Assembly: GCA_009837205.1 (NCBI GenBank)
Contig: VXTZ01000026.1
Location: 7,200 to 71,199, forward strand
Origin: Candidatus Dadabacteria bacterium
GTDB taxonomy: Bacteria; Desulfobacterota_D; UBA1144; Nemesobacterales; Nemesobacteraceae
Direction: 5' to 3'
DNA: 64,000 nucleotides
Under the pieces are notes generated by a model. It worked only from the letters and a program-made list of their open reading frames with translations. It ran no database searches and was not told the origin of the DNA. Positions within the stretch are counted from its first letter, which is position 1. Every line of letters starts with the position of its first letter. Of this stretch, positions 52,113 through 62,055 are shown one piece after another. The position numbers and the translations under genes were made by a program.

Positions 52113-53465
52113 TCAACCTCTAACGGAAAAAACCTCAAGAATGATCAGGATATCGTCTGTCTTGTTTTCGACAGCGTAGTTGGCCCCGTCTTCAAGAAAA
52201 ACGGTTTGCCCAAGGCCAAGTTTATCGCCGCCTTTATCGCCGATTATCAGAGCTTCTCCCTCGAGAACTAGGAGTCGGAGATCATGAGAAGAGGTGTTCT
52301 CCGTCCTTGCCGTTTTGCCGGAAAAAACAGTTGTTTTCGTTACTTTCGAGAGTTTTCCTTTTTCAATTTCTTCCCTGCTACCCCAAGGATAGTGAACTAC
52401 CTTCGGGCGGTCTGCCTCATCCCTCCCCCGCTCTCTTAATTCCTTCGCAAACTCGCCCGCCTCATTCGAACGGTCAAGATCGGAGATAAAAACGGCGTCC
52501 CTAGTTTCAATCACGGCAACGTTGCGAAGACCGGATACGCAGACAAGCCTCGAGCCGCTTTTTACAATGGAATCCTGCGTGCCCTTCAAGATTACGTCTC
52601 CTTCAAGCACGTTGCCCTCGGAATCTTTCGGGAAAAACTCGTAGAAAAGCCGCCATGACCCTATGTCGCTCCACGGAAAAGAAGACGGTATTACGGCTCC
52701 GCGCGAGGTCTTCTCCATTACCGCTCGGTCAACGGGAACGGAAGGAAGCCCGCCATAAATATCCCTGCTGATTTTCCCGCGGGAAGTTTCGTGGATCGGC
52801 TCATACAGGTCGGGGCAAAAAGCCGCGTATTCATCAACCATGGTCCGGGCCCGGAAAACGAACATTCCGCTGTTCCAGAAGAAATTTCCTGAAAGCAGGT
52901 ATTCGCTCGCAACTTCGGCACTAGGCTTCTCAACAAACCTTTTTATTCTAAGCCCGCCGTCGCGAAGCGGCTCCCCTCCCTCGATGTAGCCGTATCCGGT
53001 CTCGGGAACAGAGGGGGTGATTCCAAAACACACTATGTAATCGTCTTCGGCAAGCGAAACCGCCCTTCGCACGTGATCACGGAAATTCTCATCGTCCCCG
53101 ACCACATGGTCCGAGGGGAAAACCATTATTACCGCGTCCTCGTCTTCTGAGGCAATTTCTCGAGTCCCGAGCAAAATCGCCGGAGCAGTGTTTCTGCCCA
53201 CAGGCTCGGTCACAATTTTTATCTTTCCCAGAGAATCCGTGGAACGAAGGTTCTCTTCAATCAGCGAGCGCTGTTCTTCCTCAAGCACAACAAATATGTT
53301 TTCTTCAGCGACAAGACGGGCGGCACGTTTAAGCGTCGCAAGCAGAAGTGATTCATCCCCGTTTATGGTTAGGAACTGCTTGGGCAAAGACCGCCTTGAG
53401 AGAGGCCAGAGCCTGGTTCCCCGTCCCCCGGCAAGAATAAGGCAGTAAAGATTTTCTTTAGGCAT
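52113..53465 (-). CDS. manC: mannose-1-phosphate guanylyltransferase / mannose-6-phosphate isomerase
   Basis: ILAGGRGTRLWPLSR nucleotidyltransferase motif and a C-terminal cupin. I preferred the ATG at 53465 to the 24-codon extension that overlaps the upstream gene. Confidence 0.85.
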   Translation of the reverse strand: MPKENLYCLILAGGRGTRLWPLSRRSLPKQFLTINGDESLLLATLKRAARLVAEENIFVVLEEEQRSLIEENLRSTDSLGKIKIVTEPVGRNTAPAILLGTREIASEDEDAVIMVFPSDHVVGDDENFRDHVRRAVSLAEDDYIVCFGITPSVPETGYGYIEGGEPLRDGGLRIKRFVEKPSAEVASEYLLSGNFFWNSGMFVFRARTMVDEYAAFCPDLYEPIHETSRGKISRDIYGGLPSVPVDRAVMEKTSRGAVIPSSFPWSDIGSWRLFYEFFPKDSEGNVLEGDVILKGTQDSIVKSGSRLVCVSGLRNVAVIETRDAVFISDLDRSNEAGEFAKELRERGRDEADRPKVVHYPWGSREEIEKGKLSKVTKTTVFSGKTARTENTSSHDLRLLVLEGEALIIGDKGGDKLGLGQTVFLEDGANYAVENKTDDILIILEVFSVRG

Positions 53466-53500
53466 TTTGAGAACCGAGTTCGCAGAACAGCTTCTGAGTC

Positions 53501-54979
53501 TTACTCTACCTGATGGGGCTCCTTCAGGAGATCCCATACGGTTTTCACGGGATTAAACGTTGTGGAGGGAACTTCCACGAAAACAGTTATCCAGCCGGAC
53601 ATGGAACCGTTCCAGAGCCCGGGAAGCTCAAGCGCCTTTATCTTCTTTGTGCCTAAGATTTTTTCAGTAATAATTCCGGCTTCCGGGTCGACAAAGCCAG
53701 TCAGATTAAACTTCTCCCCCCTAAAATCCTTTACTCCGCAGACAATATCCACAGGATTAAAATGGGTTGAGTTCTCCCAGATATGCCGTTGGGAAGAGGA
53801 ATCTCGGTCAACCTCGGCACTTTCAACTATCTGAAGCAACTCTCCCCTTTCTCCTGCTCCTTCCACCCAGAACGGACCGCCGCCCGGTTCACCCACGTTC
53901 TTTACGACACCGCATACCCTGATGGGCCTGTGAAGCGTCCGAAACAAGAACTCCCTCCTGCCAGCTCCAGACAGCCCTGAAAGTTCCTGGGAAAGGTCCA
54001 TGAAAAGCTTTTCCCGGCAAAAGGAAATTATCTCCCGCTCAAATGCCTCAGAGGTCCAGGAGGAAGAAAGAGCTTCTGTGTAGAGGAAAACCCTTTTCTG
54101 GATAGAGAAGAGAGCTCCCCCCAGGGTCTTTTTCCACTTAACTGTATCGGGGAGAAGCTCCTCTTTCGCCACGTTATCTATGTTCTTTACGAAAATACAG
54201 TCATAGGAAAGTTCATTCAGGTTCTTCAGCAGCGCTCCGTGCCCAGCGGGCCTTCTGAGCAGAGATCCGTCGGCGCCAGTAACAGGCGTGTTGTCCATTG
54301 CGACCGCGATTGTATCCGTTTCGGGGTCCTGAACCGAGTACGTTACGTCAAATGAAACCCCTTCATAGGACAGAAGAGAAGCTGTCTCCTTCTCCTCCAG
54401 AGCGAACCGCTTCGCAAAGGCAGGGGGAATTGTAAAATGCATTGAGACTGTACCGTGTGAGTTTGTATACCCTATGGCTTCCCTGAAATGCTCGCAAAAA
54501 GCTGTCCTCCGTTCCCCGCCGTAGCTATGAAAAGGCACAAGCCCTTTGGGAACGTTTCCGTAACCCAGGCCATCGGTTCCCAAAAGGGTGTCGAAAACAA
54601 GTCTGAAATTCCCCGAAGAGGCAATCTTTTCTATTTTTTCCCCGAGCCTTTGCTCAAGCAGGTCCGCAAAGGGAAATCTTGCCGCGTTTGAGAGGAATTT
54701 CTCAAGTATCTTTTTCTCTTCGGGATCCAAAGCCTCTTCGTCCGAGGAAAAAGTTTCCCGAAGCATACTGAGGTCCCGAAACATTCTCGAGGCCGCTCCC
54801 GATGCCGGAATGAATTTGCACACACTAATTTCAGGAAGGGCGTCCTCGTATTGCTGCTGAAGCACCCGGGACTCATCCTCTTCCAGTTTTCTTATGCCGT
54901 CGCCGACTGTCGCGGGGCGAAGGAGCCTGCGGAAGGGGTAACCCTTTTTGAAGCGTTCAATCTGTTTTTGAATATCCAA
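53501..54979 (-). CDS. DUF4301-like protein (nucleotide-sugar pyrophosphorylase-like fold?)
   Basis: ~490 aa. The FIPASGAASRMF motif near the N-terminus matches my recollection of the DUF4301 family, which is common in Bacteroidota. Confidence 0.45.
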   Translation of the reverse strand: MDIQKQIERFKKGYPFRRLLRPATVGDGIRKLEEDESRVLQQQYEDALPEISVCKFIPASGAASRMFRDLSMLRETFSSDEEALDPEEKKILEKFLSNAARFPFADLLEQRLGEKIEKIASSGNFRLVFDTLLGTDGLGYGNVPKGLVPFHSYGGERRTAFCEHFREAIGYTNSHGTVSMHFTIPPAFAKRFALEEKETASLLSYEGVSFDVTYSVQDPETDTIAVAMDNTPVTGADGSLLRRPAGHGALLKNLNELSYDCIFVKNIDNVAKEELLPDTVKWKKTLGGALFSIQKRVFLYTEALSSSWTSEAFEREIISFCREKLFMDLSQELSGLSGAGRREFLFRTLHRPIRVCGVVKNVGEPGGGPFWVEGAGERGELLQIVESAEVDRDSSSQRHIWENSTHFNPVDIVCGVKDFRGEKFNLTGFVDPEAGIITEKILGTKKIKALELPGLWNGSMSGWITVFVEVPSTTFNPVKTVWDLLKEPHQVE

Positions 54980-55083
54980 GATACGAATTTCCCGCGGCGG
55001 ACTCCGACACGAAAACTATACATAAAAAAGCTAAAAACTCCCCTAGTCCCTAAGCGGAATTCCGTGCGATTCTTCAATCGGGG

Positions 55084-55161
55084 TGGCGGGACCGACGGGA
55101 TTTGAACCCGCGACCTCTGGCTTGACAGGCCAGCGTTCTAACCAGGCTGAACTACGGCCCC
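55084..55161 (-). tRNA. tRNA-Asp (anticodon GUC)
   Basis: The reverse complement GGGGCCGTAGTTCAGCCTGGTTAGAAC... has anticodon arm CTGGC-CTGTCAA-GCCAG and an encoded CCA. Confidence 0.9.
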
Positions 55162-55173
55162 GTTTAAATCAGA

Positions 55174-55248
55174 TGGTGGGCGGTACAGGATTCGAACCTG
55201 TGACCCCCTGCTTGTAAGGCAGGTGCTCTCCCGCTGAGCTAACCGCCC
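55174..55248 (-). tRNA. tRNA-Val (anticodon UAC)
   Basis: The reverse complement GGGCGGTTAGCTCAGCGGGAGAGC... has anticodon arm CCTGC-CTTACAA-GCAGG and an encoded CCA. Confidence 0.9.
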
Positions 55249-55322
55249 GCAAAAACGCAAAAAAACAGGCAATCTGTATAACCGAATAAAAACTCTTTGT
55301 CCAAGACTAAGACACGGAACGG

Positions 55323-56282
55323 TCAAAGTCCATGCTCTTCTATGAACTTTTCCGCGTCCATAGCCGCCATGCACCCGCTTCCCGCCGCCGTTATAGCCTG
55401 TTTGTATCTTATATCTTGTATGTCTCCGGCGGCAAAAACGCCGGCGACGCTTGTTTCAGAAGTGCCGTTATTAGTAATCAGGTAACCATTATCGTCCATT
55501 TCAAGCTGTCCCTTGAAAATTTCGCTGTTGGGAGTGTGCCCGATCGCTACGAACATACCCTGACATTCCTTAACGTAACTCTCCCCGGTCACGACATCCT
55601 TTATCCTCACCCCAGTTACTCCATCCTCCCTTGAACCCAGCACATCTTCAACGACACCGTTCCATATAAAATCTATTTTTTCGTTTTCTCTGGCACGCTG
55701 CTGCATTATCACCGACGCTCTGAGCTTGTCGCGTCTGTGAACCACCGTAACCCGGGTTGCGAACTTGGTAAGGAAGATGGATTCCTCCATGGCGCTGTCA
55801 CCTCCCCCGACAACCACAAGCTCCTTATCCCTGAAAAAAAATCCGTCGCATGTGGCGCATGTGGAAACCCCGTAACCCACAAGCTCACGTTCGGAAGGCA
55901 GGCCGAGCATCCTTGCCGTGGCACCCGAGGAAATAATGAATGTTGAGGCAAGTATCTGCTCATCTTCCGTCGACACGAGAAACGGCCTTTTGGAAAAATC
56001 GACGGCAGTTACGGCCTTATGTACGCACTGCGCCCCGAAACGTTCGGACTGCTCTCTCATAAGATCCATAAGCTCAGGACCCATGATTCCGTTTGGAAAC
56101 CCCGGGAAATTCTCAACATCGGTAGTCGTGGTAAGCTGCCCTCCGGCTTCCGGACCTTCAAATACAAGCGGCTCAAGATTCGCTCGCGCCGTGTAGAGGG
56201 CCGCGGTCAGTCCCGCCGGGCCGGAACCCATGATGACCACCTTGTAGCTTTCTTTCAGTTCTTTCACTTCGCACTCCTGCAA
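55323..56282 (-). CDS. trxB: thioredoxin-disulfide reductase
   Basis: GSGPAGLTAA FAD motif, redox-active CATCDG and GGGDSAMEE NADPH motif. Confidence 0.9.
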   Translation of the reverse strand: MQECEVKELKESYKVVIMGSGPAGLTAALYTARANLEPLVFEGPEAGGQLTTTTDVENFPGFPNGIMGPELMDLMREQSERFGAQCVHKAVTAVDFSKRPFLVSTEDEQILASTFIISSGATARMLGLPSERELVGYGVSTCATCDGFFFRDKELVVVGGGDSAMEESIFLTKFATRVTVVHRRDKLRASVIMQQRARENEKIDFIWNGVVEDVLGSREDGVTGVRIKDVVTGESYVKECQGMFVAIGHTPNSEIFKGQLEMDDNGYLITNNGTSETSVAGVFAAGDIQDIRYKQAITAAGSGCMAAMDAEKFIEEHGL

Positions 56283-56389
56283 TTTCTTTTTAGAACAGGG
56301 ACTTTATACTACATTCAGGCAGTGGTTTTTCAAGAGACAAAACAAACGAAGGAGGCGGCCAAAACCCTCCTCCGCAAGTGCTTACGCTA

Positions 56390-57481
56390 ATGGAATCCGC
56401 AAAGAAAACTCCGCTTTATGAAAGACACGCAGCCCAGGGAGCCGTATTCGGCGAGACGGGCGGATTTTTTCTTCCAAAAAGCTACGGTGACCCGGAAGGG
56501 GAAGCAAAAGCCGCAAGAGAATCTGTGGGCGTTATAGATATTTCAAGCAGGGGAAAACTCATGCTATCGGGAGCCGACCACATAAAATTCCTGCAGGGGG
56601 TGCTCACAAACGACGTAAAGGAGAAAATCCCCGGGACAGGGGTCTACGCGACAATACTCACCCCCAAGGGGAAAATGGTTTCAGACATGAGGGTCTTTAA
56701 AAACGAAGGCTCTGTCTACATGGATGCTGAACCCGGCACGGGCGGGAACCTAGCGGAGTTTCTCCGCAAACTCAGGCTTTCATACAAAGCCGAGGTGCTT
56801 GACGTTACTGAAGATTGCTGCGTTTTTCACGTCTGCGGTCCCGGCTGCGGGGAATTAATCGAAAAGCGCCTCGGCGTCAACGTTAAACAGATGAAGGAAT
56901 ATGATCACCGGGCTTGCGGAGAGGCAACCTTAATGAAACTCAACAGAACGGGAGAAACCGGTTTTGACGTTCTTTTTGAAAACCGCGGGGCTAAGAAAAT
57001 CTGGGAACTTCTTCTTGAAAATCCACCGGTCCCCGGACTTTGCGGACAAGAGGCTCTCGAAACCCTGAGAATAGAAGCCGGAATCCCCGTTTACGGAAAG
57101 GACATGGACATCTCCACCATACCTATTGAAGCCGGCATATGGGATGCTCTTGACTTTGAAAAGGGTTGCTACGTGGGACAGGAAGTAATAGCAAGGATAA
57201 AGTGGAGAGGAAGAGTAAACTGGCACCTCGCGTATTTCGAGGCACAGCAAGACGGCAGCGCACTACCAGGGAACACGCTTTGGGTTAAGGAGAAAAAAGT
57301 GGGGAGAATAACCTCTTCAACATACTCTCCCACTCTGGGGAAAAACATCTCCATCGGCTATATAAGAAGGGAATTCCGCGATTTCCAGGGAGAAATATCC
57401 GTTGGCGGAGAAGACCTCGCCGACAAAACGCCGAACACCGTAAAAACAACGGGAAAGCCTTTTTATAGCCGCTTTGAATAA
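56390..57481 (+). CDS. aminomethyltransferase (GcvT) family folate-binding protein
   Basis: TPLYERH...GVIDISSRGKL...EALETLRIEAGIP pattern. No gcvH or gcvP adjacent. The start (ATG 56390 versus GTG 56378) is uncertain. Confidence 0.75.
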   Translation: MESAKKTPLYERHAAQGAVFGETGGFFLPKSYGDPEGEAKAARESVGVIDISSRGKLMLSGADHIKFLQGVLTNDVKEKIPGTGVYATILTPKGKMVSDMRVFKNEGSVYMDAEPGTGGNLAEFLRKLRLSYKAEVLDVTEDCCVFHVCGPGCGELIEKRLGVNVKQMKEYDHRACGEATLMKLNRTGETGFDVLFENRGAKKIWELLLENPPVPGLCGQEALETLRIEAGIPVYGKDMDISTIPIEAGIWDALDFEKGCYVGQEVIARIKWRGRVNWHLAYFEAQQDGSALPGNTLWVKEKKVGRITSSTYSPTLGKNISIGYIRREFRDFQGEISVGGEDLADKTPNTVKTTGKPFYSRFE

Positions 57482-57492
57482 TTTAAAAAAAA

Positions 57493-57501
57493 TGCTATAA
57501 T
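57493..57501 (+). promoter_or_regulatory. extended -10 element TGCTATAAT upstream of mreB
   Basis: Read directly from the sequence. It would give a ~100-nt mreB leader. Confidence 0.35.
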
Positions 57502-57608
57502 TTAGAGGTTAACTATTTGGCCGTAGACTCGTCTGGTTTACAATTACATAAGGCGAGTATTTTCGGGTTTGATTATAGTTTAACTTAAAGAAGAGGTAGT
57601 TGTAAATA

Positions 57609-58649
57609 ATGATACTGAACAAGATTCTGGAATATTTTTCAAACGATCTGGCGATCGACCTCGGAACTGCGAACACCCTTGTATACCTCAAAGGCAAAGG
57701 GATAGTGTCTAACGAACCATCGGTTGTAGCAGTGCAAAACATTCCGGGACAGAAATCAAAACTCATCGCTGCAGGAAAACACGCTAGGGAGATGGTAGGA
57801 AGAACTCCCGAGTCAATCAGGGCCATAAGACCTCTTCGTGACGGTGTTATCGCCGATTTCGAAGCGGCTCAGAAAATGATCGAGTACTTCATAAAAAAAT
57901 CCAATGGCCATAAAAAAAGCTTTGTGCGCCCGAGAGTAGTAATATCGGTTCCCCTTGAGATTACCGAAGTAGAGAAAAGAGCCGTAAAAGAATCGGCCGA
58001 GGCGGCAGGAGCCCGTAGAGTATATCTTATTGAGGAAACAATGTGCGCCGCCCTAGGGTCTGGGATAGAAGTGCATAGACCCTCGGGTAACATGGTGGTC
58101 GACATAGGAGGCGGTACTACGGGAATAGGCGTTATCGCACTGTCCGGGATAGTTGTGAGTAAATCAATCAAAACCGGCGGAGACAAGATGGATGAAGCCA
58201 TACAGCAGTGGCTGAGAAGAAATCACAACATAATAATTGGACACAGGACAGCCGAAGAACTTAAGAAAAAGTTCTCTGCACACCCGGAAATAAGCAGCGG
58301 CAAAAAGATGCAAATGAAAGTAACCGGAAGAAACAACATTTCCGGTGTTCCCTCAATGCTTACAATTGACGCGGAAGAAATCGGAGAGGCAGTAGAAGAA
58401 ACCATAAACCAGATAGTCGATGCAATTATGCAGACTTTGGAGAGAACCCCGCCTGAACTCTCTGCAGATGTCTTTGAGTCGGGAATAATGCTAGCCGGAG
58501 GCGGTTCGCTTCTAAGAGGGCTGCGCAACCGCATAGAGCAAAAAACCGGTATACATATAAAAAGGGCCGAGCAGCCCCTCGATTGCGTCGTTATGGGTTC
58601 CGGAAAAGCTCTCGAAAATATAGATCTTCTAACCTCCGTCGCTATATAA
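57609..58649 (+). CDS. mreB: rod shape-determining protein MreB
   Basis: DLAIDLGTANTLVY, DIGGGTT and actin-fold motifs. Confidence 0.95.
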   Translation: MILNKILEYFSNDLAIDLGTANTLVYLKGKGIVSNEPSVVAVQNIPGQKSKLIAAGKHAREMVGRTPESIRAIRPLRDGVIADFEAAQKMIEYFIKKSNGHKKSFVRPRVVISVPLEITEVEKRAVKESAEAAGARRVYLIEETMCAALGSGIEVHRPSGNMVVDIGGGTTGIGVIALSGIVVSKSIKTGGDKMDEAIQQWLRRNHNIIIGHRTAEELKKKFSAHPEISSGKKMQMKVTGRNNISGVPSMLTIDAEEIGEAVEETINQIVDAIMQTLERTPPELSADVFESGIMLAGGGSLLRGLRNRIEQKTGIHIKRAEQPLDCVVMGSGKALENIDLLTSVAI

Positions 58650-58928
58650 TTATAGAAAACCCGTGATATCAGGCAGATTCCGTAATGTCTCGATTATTGA
58701 GTCGCAAGTGCCGAGTTCGGCCTTGATTTGTGTCTGCTCTCACAATCAGCCTTCAAGACGGATTGCCCCTTGCAACCTGAATTGTTTTGTGTTATAGTGG
58801 TTTGGCAACGGTTTTTTGTTTTAGTATCCTGTAACCCCTTGCAATGGCTGTCATTATAACGTGGACGTGATTTTTTCCGCCACTTGTGAGAATCGAAATT
58901 AAGTATCTCCGACCGGAAGGGAAACTTA

Positions 58929-59735
58929 ATGAAGAAGTTTTTTAGCAAAAATCAGCTATTTCTGTCCTTTATCCTCATAATTGCTCTAATTCATCTATTG
59001 CCCGTCACTTTTGACTTGGCAAAAAAAGAAAATAATTACACAACAAAGTTGATGCTTAGCATTAACTACGGCTCCGGCGCTTTCGCAAACTACGTTAAAG
59101 ATGGAGTGAGATACTACTGGGACCATTATATCGACCTCGTCGATACAAGCGTTGAAAATTCCCGCCTGAAAGCAAAGCTACAGGAAATGGAAGCACAAGA
59201 GTTGATGCTAACGGAAATAAGACTTGAAAATGAAAGGTTAAGAAGTCTTCTTAACTACAGAAGTTCCTTTAAGGGAGAAGTGGTGGGAGCAAGGGTCATA
59301 GGGAGCAGTCCTTCGCTAGTGGGGCCTGGCTTCCTTATAATAGACAAAGGATCGTCTTCCGGGATAAATGAGGGGGCCCCGGTGCTTAACAACGTCAGGG
59401 CCATAGGAACCGTGCACTCGGTAAATGAAAAAACCTCCTTGGTAATGCTAATGACGAATCCCTCAAGTGTGGCGGATGCACTTGTACAAAGGAGCCGTGC
59501 ACGAGGCATAATTGCCGGAGCGGGAAACCATTACGTTATGAAGTACATTGAGCAAGAGGAAGATATTATAGTCGGAGACAAGATCATATCATCCGGAAAA
59601 GACAATGTTTTCCCAAAAAATATTGTTATAGGAACCGTAATAAGAATTGAGCCGGATAAAGGACTTCAAAAGGCCATCATAAAACCGGTAATCGATGTGA
59701 GCAGGGTTGAAGAGGTGCTCATACATCTCAATTAG
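58929..59735 (+). CDS. mreC: rod shape-determining protein MreC
   Basis: N-terminal TM, coiled coil (ENSRLKAKLQEMEAQ) and beta-rich C-terminal domain. Positioned between mreB and mreD. Confidence 0.85.
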   Translation: MKKFFSKNQLFLSFILIIALIHLLPVTFDLAKKENNYTTKLMLSINYGSGAFANYVKDGVRYYWDHYIDLVDTSVENSRLKAKLQEMEAQELMLTEIRLENERLRSLLNYRSSFKGEVVGARVIGSSPSLVGPGFLIIDKGSSSGINEGAPVLNNVRAIGTVHSVNEKTSLVMLMTNPSSVADALVQRSRARGIIAGAGNHYVMKYIEQEEDIIVGDKIISSGKDNVFPKNIVIGTVIRIEPDKGLQKAIIKPVIDVSRVEEVLIHLN

Positions 59736-59762
59736 CTCTCCCCAACTGGACCCAGTTGGAAT

Positions 59763-60269
59763 ATGATGAGAATAAACTTCTCTTTTCTTTTCTATCTACT
59801 CTGCTCTTTTCTTTTCATCATTATCCAGATGTCGGTAATCTCGACATCTTCTCTGGGCAAGTTCACCCCCGATCTCAATCTGATCTTAATAATATGCTTG
59901 GTAATCAGAACCGAAATACCTTATCTGTTCACACTTGCCATGCTGAACGGGTTTTTAATGGATGTTTTTTCGGCCGGAGCTTTGGGGCTCCATACGATCA
60001 CAAGATTCGCCGTGTTTCTTGCTCTGCGAGTGGGCATGCACAATCTTAATTACCACCGCAACAACCTCTTTTTCCTACCTCTGGCGCTTTTTATAGGAAC
60101 CCTGCTCATGCACTTGCTGCTACTGGTACTGCTTCTGTTTAGACAAGACAGCGGACAGGCGGCATTTCTCAGTGTTGAGCTAGCTTTTTATCAGGCTATC
60201 ATTAATACAGTGGTCGGCGTTCCGATAATAATGCTTCTGAGGAAACTGGATGGGATTCCTAAAACATAG
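59763..60269 (+). CDS. mreD: rod shape-determining protein MreD
   Basis: ~165-aa polytopic membrane protein in the canonical mreBCD position. Confidence 0.75.
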   Translation: MMRINFSFLFYLLCSFLFIIIQMSVISTSSLGKFTPDLNLILIICLVIRTEIPYLFTLAMLNGFLMDVFSAGALGLHTITRFAVFLALRVGMHNLNYHRNNLFFLPLALFIGTLLMHLLLLVLLLFRQDSGQAAFLSVELAFYQAIINTVVGVPIIMLLRKLDGIPKT

Positions 60270-62055
60270 ATTCACAATAGCCTCATCCCTAATCGTGCTG
60301 TTTTTTGTCGTCTTCTCGGCGAGGTTGTTCTACCTCCAGATATACAAGGGCGAGGAATACAGAAATTTTTCGGAAAGAAATATCCTGAGAGCACTTGAAC
60401 TTCCTGCGCCCAGAGGACGGATTTTCGATAGAAACGGCGAAAAAATTCTCTATAACAAACCGTCTTTTAACATACGAGTATTTCCGAGAGAAATAACGGA
60501 TGTCGAGGAGCTCGCGGAAAAACTTGCGGAGATAATAAACGTTCCAGAGAAAGAACTCCTGGAAAAACTTCGGAAAATAGAAACCCTCAAAAGCTTCTAT
60601 CCCGTTACAATCGCCAAGGACATAAGCAGAGAGGAGCTTCTTCTGGTCGAAAAAAACAAGGAAAGGCTAGAGGGCATATTTCTTGAAGTGGGGCACAAGA
60701 GATTCTATCCGCATGGAGAGGCAGCCGCCGTTCTTCTGGGATACACGGGGATCGCCGACGCAGAAGAGGTAAGAACCTACGGTCGGATCAAGGCGGGGAA
60801 CGAACTCGGAAAAATGGGTGTCGAAAAGGTCTTTGACAGTGAACTCAGAGGAACAAACGGTCTTGAATACGTCATGGTAAACGCACACGGAAAGGTGATC
60901 TCAGACTCTGTTGCCACACTATTGCCAGCTCGCAAGAACAGGGAAATGGTCCAGGGAAAAGATATCCACCTCACCATTGACGCGCAACTGCAGCAGTTCG
61001 CCTATGAAGCTTTGGGTAAAGAGAAAGGGGCCATAGTCGCAATGGACGTAAGAAGCGGAGAGATTCTGGCGATGGTAAGTCGTCCATCCTATCGTCCCGA
61101 GCACATCTCGAAGGAGCTTTCCCCTAAGGAAAGAAGAAAAACAAAAAAGAAAAAATCTTTTTCCCTTCTAAATCGCTCAACCCAAGGAACCTATCCGCCC
61201 GGGTCAGTACTCAAAATAATCACGGCCTTTGCGTTGCTAGAGGAAAAAACTGCTGATCCGAAGTCGTCCGTATACTGCCCGGGCCATTATTTCATAAACA
61301 AGAAACGTTTTAACTGCTGGCGCGAAGAAGGCCATGGGGATATAAACCTCTACAAAGCGATTGTCGAATCGTGTGACGTATACTTCTATAAACTTTCCCA
61401 GAAGCTTGGTGTTGACGGCCTTTACCCCTACATGAAAAAATTCGGGCTTGGAGAAAGAACCGGCATAGCGCTGCCCGAGAAACGGGGAGTGAACCCATCA
61501 AAGACATGGAAAAGAAAGCATCTGAAAGAACCTTGGTACCCAGGCGAAACTGCAATCCTAGCAATAGGTCAGGGATACGTTACCACAACCCCTCTTCAGA
61601 TAAGTGTTATGACTTCAGCAATAGCAAACGGAGGCATTATAGTCAAACCGAAGATAAGAAAAACGGATGAAAAAAAACCACTGCGGATAACCGAGGGAGG
61701 TCGGCGCCTTAACGCAAAATCAGTATCTTTTCTGAAAAAAGCACTTTACGGTGCCGTAAACGAACACCGAGGCACCGGGATTTACGCAAGATCAAAAATC
61801 ACGTCCGTTTCGGGGAAGACGGGTACGGCTCAGGTCGTGTCGGCAAAATTCGAGTCGACCGAAAAACGGTTTCAGGACCACGCTTGGTTCACATCCTACG
61901 CACCGTCGGATTCGGCGGAGATATCCGTAACCGTCCTCGTTGAGAACGGGGGGAGCGGAAGCGTGGCCGCAGCCCCAATAGCAAAAGAAATCATTGAAAC
62001 CTATTTCAAACTCAAGAAGGAACGAGATGAAGTTCGAATTGCCATATCTGAGTAG
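60250..62055 (+). CDS. mrdA: penicillin-binding protein 2 (elongasome transpeptidase)
   Basis: PBP dimerisation domain plus transpeptidase motifs (PPGSVLK = SxxK, SCD, KTGTAQ). Confidence 0.9.
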   Translation: MGFLKHRFTIASSLIVLFFVVFSARLFYLQIYKGEEYRNFSERNILRALELPAPRGRIFDRNGEKILYNKPSFNIRVFPREITDVEELAEKLAEIINVPEKELLEKLRKIETLKSFYPVTIAKDISREELLLVEKNKERLEGIFLEVGHKRFYPHGEAAAVLLGYTGIADAEEVRTYGRIKAGNELGKMGVEKVFDSELRGTNGLEYVMVNAHGKVISDSVATLLPARKNREMVQGKDIHLTIDAQLQQFAYEALGKEKGAIVAMDVRSGEILAMVSRPSYRPEHISKELSPKERRKTKKKKSFSLLNRSTQGTYPPGSVLKIITAFALLEEKTADPKSSVYCPGHYFINKKRFNCWREEGHGDINLYKAIVESCDVYFYKLSQKLGVDGLYPYMKKFGLGERTGIALPEKRGVNPSKTWKRKHLKEPWYPGETAILAIGQGYVTTTPLQISVMTSAIANGGIIVKPKIRKTDEKKPLRITEGGRRLNAKSVSFLKKALYGAVNEHRGTGIYARSKITSVSGKTGTAQVVSAKFESTEKRFQDHAWFTSYAPSDSAEISVTVLVENGGSGSVAAAPIAKEIIETYFKLKKERDEVRIAISE

